A stretch of 64,000 nucleotides of DNA. Source: Octopus vulgaris (Eukaryota). This document shows, in pieces, positions 52,472 through 61,305 of this stretch. Each line of letters opens with the position of its first letter. Position 1 is the stretch's first letter. The DNA lies in contig OX597833.1 in the NCBI GenBank assembly GCA_951406725.2, positions 38,068,001 to 38,132,000 on the forward strand, given 5' to 3'. The notes beneath the pieces are model-generated. The model did not search any database and was not told the DNA's origin. It worked only from the letters and a program-made list of their open reading frames with translations. The position numbers and the translations under genes were made by a program.

Positions 52472-52829
52472 CTGCAAAGAAGAAAAAATACATAGCATAA
52501 ACAAAATGAAATAAAACTCCTCTTCTTTATCTACAGCCTAAATAAACAATACCAAAGGTGGAAAACCTGCAACTTTTGCTGCTCTTAACTCTTCAGAATT
52601 CAGATTATTCTGTCAAATGTAATGCTTATTTATTTATTAACATTATTTTGAATTAATCATGCATTATTTTGTAGCTTTGAGATTTCATCACCAATCATCA
52701 TCAACAATTAATGTCCATTTCCCATGCTGGCAAAGGTTGGACAGCTTGACAGGAACTGTCTGTTATGGCATTGTTTCTACCGCTCAATACCCTTCCAGAC
52801 TCCAACCATTTTACAGAGTGTATTGAGTA

Positions 52830-53341
52830 CCGTAAATCCTTGAGTATAGTCCGCCCTAGAGTATAATACGCAGGGGATTTTTAGGGGGTTGTACCTCTGA
52901 AAAACCTAAACCTTGTGTATAATATGCACCCCTGCTCTAACTTGAGTCGTGCGTAATTAAGCCAGCAGCACCTAATCAAACAAACACTTCCACACATGCA
53001 TAATACAATAATGGTGATGTTCTTAACTGTTATATGGGAATGTAAATATGCTTTCAAATTGTTTCTGTTACATGTTATTCTGTGTTCTGAATACTTTTAT
53101 TTTAATAAATGTTGCTAACTGCAAGTTATAGATGATTCTTCATTGCTTTCAGGCTTAGCTTAAGGTATTTTCGCGCCTGACATCACAAATTGCGTCTGAA
53201 TAAACATTGCGGATAGCAAATAGAGACTCTGACATTGCTTACAAAATATTTTTCATTTTTAACCTCGTATATAGTACGTACAAGGGATTTTGACCTTTAA
53301 ATTTGGAGGGAAATATGCGGATTATACTCAAAGATTTACAC
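52830..53341. mobile_element. Tc2/pogo-like MITE inserted in a LINE 3' end
   Basis: TA duplication at 52828-52829 and 53342-53343; TIR CCGTAAATCCTTGAGTATAGTCCGC / GCGGATTATACTCAAAGATTTAC. Confidence 0.8.
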
Positions 53342-53752
53342 TACTTTTTACAGGTGCAACTCATTTTTGCCAGCTGAGTGGCACCAATTTCAAGTATGAA
53401 TAAATATCAACCCATATTTTATCAAATTTAGAAGAGCAAAATAAAACATGATGCTAAGCAACATTTAGAATGTAAAGGGACATAACCAAATATACCCCAA
53501 GGTACTATGACAAACTCTCAACTAATTTTACCTTTTTACCCACTAATAATGGTTTCTAAGAAAGGCACAAAACCTGAAATTTTGAAGAGCTTAGTTGATT
53601 AAAGCAACCCCCAGTACTTGACTGGTATTTTATTTTATAGACCCCCAAAAGGATGATAGGCAAAGCTGACCTCAGAAAAAATATTGTAAGGCCCAACAAA
53701 CTAACAATTCTGTGAATCTACCAATTTTTACCACCTATTAGTAATCCTTTCT

Positions 53753-54154
53753 GGATCTTTTCGGTTTGAACAGCAGTTTTTTCTAGCGGTGTCACATGAA
53801 ATTGTCACCCATAATTATGACCCTAGTATCAATCTATTGCATTTCAATCTGTGTTAGGGTTAGTTAGGGTATCTTGTTTTCTTCAGAAATGTAAATAAAC
53901 CCAATCTGTTTCTTAAATGAGGGACATATTCATACGGTACAGAATGTTTTCACCTCAACAGACATCATTGATTGATTGAAATTGCAGAAATTGAAGAAAC
54001 AAAACAACAAATATCTTACAAACTATAGAATTTTCTCAATAAAGCCAAGAGAAAAAGATGTTTTATAAACACATTCTACCAGTATACGAAGTTTAAAAGA
54101 GTTTAGTTATGTGGAAATTATTAAAAAAAACTGCCGTTCAAACCGAAAAGATCC
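53753..54154. mobile_element. Merlin-like MITE, copy 2
   Basis: Same TIRs and body as 16095-16497; perfect 8-bp TSD tcctttct at 53745-53752 and 54155-54162. Confidence 0.88.
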
Positions 54155-54456
54155 TCCTTTCTACTATAATTTTGAAGGGGGCTAGTCGATTACATTGACT
54201 CCAGTGCTCAACTGGTGCTTATTTCATAGACCCCAAAAAGGTGAAAGGTAAAGTTGACCTTGGCAGAATTTGAACTCAGACTGTTAAGATAGACAAAATG
54301 CTGCTAAGCATCTTGCCCAGGGTGTTAACAATTCTGCCAGCTCACTGCTTTTTACTACCTATTAATAATGGAAGTAGATAAGAAATGATCTGAAAAAGAA
54401 GACAAATACTTTTATTGCCAAGTGAAATAAAAATGATATACAAACTAAAAACTTAC

Positions 54457-54588
54457 CAATCCTAGAGAATTCTTTTTCCAAGTGTAATTGAGAGTTTCAA
54501 AGGCTTTCGTTAATTCTTTAACTGTTGCTTCTTGGTTACATTTTACGAAAAAGCGAGTTAACCTTCGAACAAGGTGTGGACCAGATGA
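54457..54588 (-). CDS. CHEK1: Chk1 exon (132 nt, phase 0/0), CM1 motif
   Basis: AG/GTAAGT boundaries; SSGPHLVRRLTRFFVKCNQEATVKELTKAFETLNYTWKKNSLGL; compare human RLVKRMTRFF…LGYQWKK. Confidence 0.96.
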
Positions 54589-55180
54589 CTGTAAAAGATA
54601 AAAATTAAACTGACTAAGAAAAAGGAAGCAACTTGGCAAATAATTTCATAAGAAAGTAAATACACGTAAGAGTTATAGAAAAAAATAAACAACAATCCTA
54701 CTATTTCTACTTACAGCCTGAAACCATCTGATTGGAAAGCAAACTTCTTACCATATGAAGGCATGTGGTGTTGTGGTTGGGGTATTCAGCTCATGATTAT
54801 AAAGTCATGAGTTTGAAAACTGGCTGCACATTGCATTCTTGAGCAAGACACTTTATTTCACATTGCTTCAGTCCATTCAACTGGCAAAAATGAGTAGTAT
54901 CTGCAACTCAAAGGGCCAGCTTTTTCACAGTCAGAGTCATGTTAAAGGTACACTTTTTTTTGTGGAGTACTCAACCACTTGCACATTGTCACAACCAGGC
55001 CATTCCACTGATCGGATCAACTGGGACCCTCCTCATTGTAACCATGGAGTGCCAACCATACCACACTGCCATGCCTGCACCTAAGAGTTATAAAACAATG
55101 GAACAGATGGTAACGTGGGGGTAGATATTTAGAAAGTCTACAGAGAAGGTCACCTAAATGTTGTTCGTAAGCAAGATTAC

Positions 55181-55340
55181 CTGAGATTCTTGTGTTTGGT
55201 GTTGACTTGATAACATCATGTGATCTGGACGAACTGGCTGAGAGTATGTAAGTGCTTTGAGGGAATCACCAGCAGATGAGGGGCTCTCTGTGGCACGCAA
55301 AATAACATCAGGCTGGGACAAGGAGAACTGATGATCAAAT
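55181..55340 (-). CDS. CHEK1: Chk1 exon (160 nt, phase 2/0), SQ cluster
   Basis: FDHQFSLSQPDVILRATESPSSAGDSLKALTYSQPVRPDHMMLSSQHQTQESQ; contains S317- and S345-equivalent SQP motifs. Confidence 0.95.
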
Positions 55341-55858
55341 CTAAGACAAATAAAGAAACAAGGGAATATATATTAGGACATTTATTTCTAAAAAAATATT
55401 TAGAAGAAAATTTTTTTTAAATAAACAAACACACACACATTTAGTACATTCCATTTGTGACCATTTCGCTGTTTTTAGAAGAATATATTGCTATGTATTG
55501 CAAGAAACAGCTAGGTTTTTTTTCTCTAATATTTTAGTTCAACCTACACAAATTAATGTGTGTAAAACAAAATATAAATTTTGTAAGAAATTTCTGTAAA
55601 ACTAGTTTCAAACATCGAATGACTATGTAGGTCCACCAGAATAAAATAGTAGTCAAAAGGGCCTATAGATAGAAAAAAATGGTTGAGAACCCCTGTAATT
55701 AAACCCGTGCTTTGGAAGCAAACTTCTTACCACAAGCCAAATTTTAAACTTTAAGACAGTTCTTCTTTTCTTTAAACTTCTCTGCAAAGAATGCTAATTA
55801 TTTTCATTATATCTCCAGTATTCCATGAAATTCAAGACAGCAAACCATGGCTGTATAT

Positions 55859-56179
55859 CATAGGTTCCCAAAGCGGGCGCTACTACCCTCCAGTGGGCGT
55901 TGAGATAGTCCAGGTGGGCACTGGTGCCTAAGGGGGCCAGGGGAGGAGAGAAAAGGAGGCGTTGGGAGGACGGCAGTGGATTGGGAGATGCTATGAATTT
56001 ATTATATTATTATTACAATATTGTATGAAAAATTATATAATATTATATTAAATATCAAATGATTCATAGTATATATAAATTAGTAAAATATAAAATATTT
56101 ATTTATACATAAAAATAAGGGTGGGGTGGTGAGGGTATTATGTGGCGGGGGGGGGGGGCAAAAAGTTTGAGAACCTTTG
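55859..56179. mobile_element. hAT (Charlie-like) MITE
   Basis: TIRs CATAGGTTCCCAAA / TTTGAGAACCTTTG; 8-bp TSD ctgtatat / ctgtagat. Confidence 0.8.
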
Positions 56180-56639
56180 CTGTAGATTAACCAAAGTCAA
56201 CAACACTCAACTACAGAGACACCATCTTTTATACACACACACACACACAACAAGTGCTAAAACATATACACACAAATGCTAATGTAGTGGTTTCAAATTT
56301 TGGCACAAGGCCAACAGGTTTGGGGAAGGGGCTGAGTTGATCAAATCAACCCCAGTGTTCAACTGGTACTTATTTTATCAACTCCAAAAGGATGGAAGGC
56401 AAAGTCAACCCCAGCAGAATTTGAACTCAGAATGCAAAGACAGATAAAATGCTGCTAAGTATTTTGCCTGGAATACTAACAATTCTGTTAGCTTGCTGAC
56501 TTAGATAAATGCTAATTTATGAAAGGCCATACATGCATACAATCAAATACTCAAGGACAAAGAGAGAGAGAGGGAGAGAAAACAAGATGACCATTTTATA
56601 AAATGTTCTACAGACTTTTGGAATTGAAATGAAACTTAC

Positions 56640-56736
56640 TTTCCAACAGCGGAAGGAGAAGATTGGTCTAAACCAGAACATCGACGTTTAAATGTTCCAG
56701 AATCACCAGAAAGGTTCTCTAACCGTATTGGCATAG
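56640..56736 (-). CDS. CHEK1: Chk1 exon (97 nt, phase 1/2), linker
   Basis: AG/GTAAGT boundaries; (S)MPIRLENLSGDSGTFKRRCSGLDQSSPSAVG(K); phases fit both neighbouring exons. Confidence 0.88.
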
Positions 56737-56787
56737 CTGCAAATATAAACAGAATCACATTTAGACACATAGTAATATAAAGCCTAT

Positions 56788-57045
56788 GGAGGTGTGTGGC
56801 TTAGTGGTTAGGGTGTCAGCATCATGATCGTAAGATTGTTGTTTCGATTCTTGGACCGGGCGATGCATTGTGTTCTTGAGCAAAACACTTCATTTCACGT
56901 TGCTCCAGTCCACTCAGTTGGCAAAAATGAGTAACGCTTGCGATGAACTGACATCCCGTCCAGCTGGGGAACACATGCGCCATAGAAACCGGGAAACCAG
57001 GCACATGAGCCTGAATAGGCTTTAAAAGGGCGCATTTATTATTTT
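56788..57045 (+). mobile_element. tRNA-derived SINE family D (Meta-like 3' module)
   Basis: A box TGGCTTAGTGG, B box gtttcgattc; perfect 14-bp TSD taatataaagccta at 56773-56786 and 57046-57059. Confidence 0.9.
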
Positions 57046-57777
57046 TAATATAAAGCCTACTTGTATATGTCTACATATATATAAATAGGAGAAAAAAAAG
57101 AAGTCACTGCATGTAGGAGAGTTTATTTGTCAGATGATAAAGATTCATATTGTTGCTATCTTTTATCTTTCATTTGTTTCTGTCATTGGATTGTGGCAAT
57201 GCTGGGGCACCACTTCAAAGTATTTAGTCAACTAAATTCACTGCAGTACTTATTCTTGTTTTTTGTGTTTGTTTTTTTAAAGCCTAGTACTTATTCTATC
57301 AGTCTCTTTTTACCAAACTGCTAAGTTACAGAGATGTAAACGAACAATAGTTGCTCTGAAGTAGTGGGGGACAAACTCAAAGACACCTATACAAGATATG
57401 CAATAGGTTTCTTTCAGTTTCTGTCTGCTAGATCCATTCACAAGTCTTTGGTCAGCTGACACTTGGTCAAGTTCCATGCAATGGGACTGAACTCAGAAGC
57501 ATGTGGTTGGGAAGCAAATTTTTACCACACAGCCACATCTGCACCTATTAAATCAATTTAAATAAAATATTGCTTTTCGTTTTAATTTGCAATGGAAACA
57601 TTCTGAAAATTACCATCTAGCAGGAATTATGCAAAAGTATATTCTTTTTCACAATTTGTAATACTTGTTAATACCTACCAAACTACAAGACTGTTTATTT
57701 TTGTTTTCAAAATTCTTTCTCTTAAAGCAAACTGAGCAAGCCCAAGAAGAAAATCAATAAACAAATAAAAATCTTAC

Positions 57778-57873
57778 ATTTTCTCAAGTTCTTTGAAAAC
57801 CATTGGTTCTTTTTCATCTGTGGAACTGTATAACGTTTTTTGCTGTTTTCTATTAAGATTTTTCTTAAAAGAG
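57778..57873 (-). CDS. CHEK1: Chk1 exon (96 nt, phase 1/1), kinase subdomain XI; upstream exons lie beyond the window
   Basis: LLRKILIENSKKRYTVPQMKKNQWFSKNLRK; compare human [31 protein letters not shown]. Confidence 0.94.
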
Positions 57874-58477
57874 CTGGAAAAAAAATGCAATATATATGTT
57901 ATACTACAGAAATAAGTAAAATTATTAATACTGTTATTCTGAGCAGGATTGTTAGATCAATTTTATGATAAGTAGCACATTGTATTAAAAAGTAACTTAA
58001 AATGAAAATTTTACTAATCACCATTTAGCATCCACTTTTCTGTGCTTGCATGGGTCAGATGGAGTTTATTTGAGACAGATTTTCTACAGCTGGATGCCCT
58101 TTCTGTTGCCAACACTCACCTGTTTCCAAGAGAGGTAATATTTTTCCATGGCCAGACATATTTTCATAAAATACTGGAAATGAATGACACTGTTCTGGTA
58201 TGGTTTCTATGGCTGGATGCCTTTCCTAATGCCAAGCACCCCATAGAGTGTATGAGCAAAACGCCCCACCGTCCAATGGACAGTGCTGAGTTGCCAAACA
58301 TTTAAACCAAATTTTCTCAAAACAACTTGTCCAACCGTCCCATAGGCCTCCCCTTTGAGAAACACTGATTTAACCTAAATTTGAGACACCCGCAAAAGAA
58401 ATAAAGATAGACTTTTTTTCTATTCCAAAGAAAAACAACTTTATTCACACAAATATGCAACCGAAGAGTTTAAAGTA

Positions 58478-58805
58478 CTAGTAATGACAAGGCTGTTGAC
58501 TGGGAGAACACAAACATGGTTTAAACAGTAAGCTTGGCAGGAAAGAAACGTGACTTTAAGCAGTACAAAAACAACAAAAAATGGAAGGTGCAGTTATGTA
58601 CAGGTTGACGGAAGAAAAGCAGGACAAAAACGGCTTTATCGATCACATTCTCACCTGGAATCGATTTTTGTAATTTTTTCAAGACTTATATACGCCCTGA
58701 TACCGTCAGTATCTACATATCAAATTTGAGCAGAATCAGATGGAGGATGTCCGAGATCCGAGAAGACACACAGACAGACAGACAGAACGGATTTTATATA
58801 AGAGA
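58478..58805 (-). mobile_element. Non-autonomous Helitron
   Basis: 5' A|TCTCTTATATAAAA, (CTGT)n near the 5' end, 3' CTAG|T, no TSD. Confidence 0.72.
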
Positions 58806-59261
58806 TCTGATGTGTTTTATGTAGCACATGCACCAGTGTTTTTAACATGACACCAGTGTTTTTAACATGACACCAGCAGAAGGGCATTGTATGTGGAACC
58901 AGCAGAGGTATCGATTCTGCTGTGGCGGACAGGAAAAGATGTTAAATGATAATTTATCATTTAACATCTTTTGAATAAATAAATGGAAAGTCTCAAAGCA
59001 GTTGCATCCATGTTATGTATGTGAATGTTGTTACATGTCACTAGACATGTTAGAGCAAACTTTTTTGAATAAAATAGAGTAGAAAGAAACAATGTGGAAG
59101 GCTGTAAACCGGGCTTTATCTGTAATTCAACAAGCCAACTTTGACCCTGTATCAAAATGATTTTGCCTGAGGATTAAGTAAAAAGTCTTCAGCTATAGCA
59201 CCATGCCAACCAAAACCTTGTGAGTAGACTTGGTAGATGGAAACTGAAAGTTGTGATACCT

Positions 59262-59575
59262 GTGCTGGTGGCACGTAAAAAGCACCATCCGAACGAGGCC
59301 GATGCCAGCGCCACCTTGACTGGCTTCTGTGCTGGTGGCACAAAAAAGCACCAACCGATCATGGCCGCTGCCAGCCTCCCCTGGTACCTGTGTCGGTGGC
59401 ATGTAAAAAGCACCCACTACATTCACAGAGTGGTTGGCGCTAGGAAGGGCATCCAGCTGTGGAAACACTGCCAGATCAGACTGGAGCCTGGTGCAGCCTC
59501 CTGGCTTCCCAGACCCTTGGTCAAACCATCCAACCCGTGCTAACACGGAAAACGTATGTTAAATGATGATGTATC
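59262..59575 (+). mobile_element. Solo 3' UTR of the PHD-in-RT LINE family; similar pieces near 22930, 29945, 32870, 44170, 46570, 48140, 52695, 58020
   Basis: About 60-nt sub-repeats, gagtggttggc…aggaagggcatccagc motif, (GAT)n tail. Confidence 0.85.
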
Positions 59576-60860
59576 TTCATGTTTGTTTCCCACCACTGCT
59601 TGAAAAGCGGTGTTGATTTGTTTACAGCCTTGTTCATGTGTGCGTGTATGTATGTGTGTGCTCACAACTGTGTTATGTATGTGTGCATGCAATTGTGTTA
59701 TTGCGTATGTGTGCATGTATCAAGTAACCATTCTCAATAAGCAGCCAGTATTGCTCCAGTTATTGTTGTTTCAAAGAACAGTAAACAATAATTTAGGTCA
59801 GAGATAATGATCTAATTAGCCACAGTAATAACCTGTTAGTCTGTCAGGGCTTGTGCAAACAATTACATGCAAGAGTTCTAAAACACTGTTGCTGCTGATG
59901 GGCGGGGTGGAGTAGGGGTGTGGTGAAAGTAAAGCAGGAAGGGTTTCTTAGTCAGCCATATGTTCACAGAATGAACTTTTACATCCAATGCTGCTTTCTA
60001 AAAGGTTGCTTCATATGCTAGAAATAGTAGCAAAATCTCCCTCAAAATCACACACCAAACTCTTGGGAAAATGCAGGAATGTATTAGATATTGTAGTCCT
60101 CGATTAGATACAAAATGCTCAAATGAAGGACAGGAAGCTGATCGGGGGCTGTGCAAGGACAACAATGACAAAAAAGTAGGATAGTATAAGCTGGTCAATC
60201 GACAAAGTTGTTGATGTTGGATAGAATATTTTGTGGCATTTATTCCAAATCTCTGTATTCCGGGTTCAAATTTTATCAGGATCAACTTTACCTTTCATCC
60301 TTCAAGGATTGGTACAAGCAAAATGCCAGTCCAGGACAATGGATTGGTAGAATTCTTAGACTGTCAGATGGGATGTCTTGTATTATCTTATTTATCTCAG
60401 TGCATTCAGAGTTCAAATTGTACTGTCACTGAAAAATGGTGACACTTTTAACAGGAATTGCAACCAGCAAATAGTATCAGCATTTTGAAAAGTCAATGGA
60501 AGTAGTTTCCTTGGTTCAATCAGAAGACCAACTGTTACCACCAACATAATACATAGCTCAATAACTTACTTTTCATTTCTTTTAGTCTGACCATTTCTTC
60601 CCCCCCCCTCCTCCCCAAACTAACCCTGTCCCTCTCCCTATGTCTTCTATATGCCCCCGTCTTCGATAACCACCATCGCCATATATAAACCAGCGACCGC
60701 AAATCGCTAAGCCCACTCGCTTTCAACTCCACTACGAATGCACAGCTCATGAACGGCTAAAAGTTAAGATTTCTTCTTTCAACCTCGCTTCCTACTACCC
60801 TCTGCACGTATAATCACTATTCCTTCAGTTTCCTTCAATTTCTCTCTCATATTTTCCTTC

Positions 60861-61083
60861 AAATTGACTTCTCTGATACTTTCAAACCTACTTTCTTGCT
60901 ATCACGATTTTTCAGTACCCTCTATTCATATTTTCTTTCAGTTTTCAACATACCATTCATGTAATGTTTTTCGTTTAGCCTTGTCTCGTCTCCCTATTTG
61001 CTCCCGTTTCATAGCCACTCATCGTCTCCCCTAAAAATTGACTTCTCTGATACTTTCAAACCTACTTTCTTGCTATCACGATT
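60861..61083. repeat. Perfect 49-bp direct repeat (60861-60909 and 61035-61083)
   Basis: aaattgacttctctgatactttcaaacctactttcttgctatcacgatt x2. Confidence 0.95.
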
Positions 61084-61305
61084 AACAGAATCCTCTTGCT
61101 AGTTTGGGGTTGACCCGCCCACCCACCCCCTCCACACATGCCGGAAGTTCCTATTCTTTTCATCCCTGGGTTGCTTCCCTTGAAGACTGCAAATGCTCTT
61201 TCACCATCCCTACCCCTAGTTTCGACCTAGGTAAGGTAATGATCATACAGTGCAAAATATGAATGGGTAGTGTTATGCAGGTTGAATTGAAGGCTACTGT
61301 ATTAC

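Noticed and set aside
57874-61300. Further CHEK1 kinase exons (expected PW…PWKK-type motifs)
   Set aside because: Not found by eye on the minus strand; the intron probably extends past 64000.
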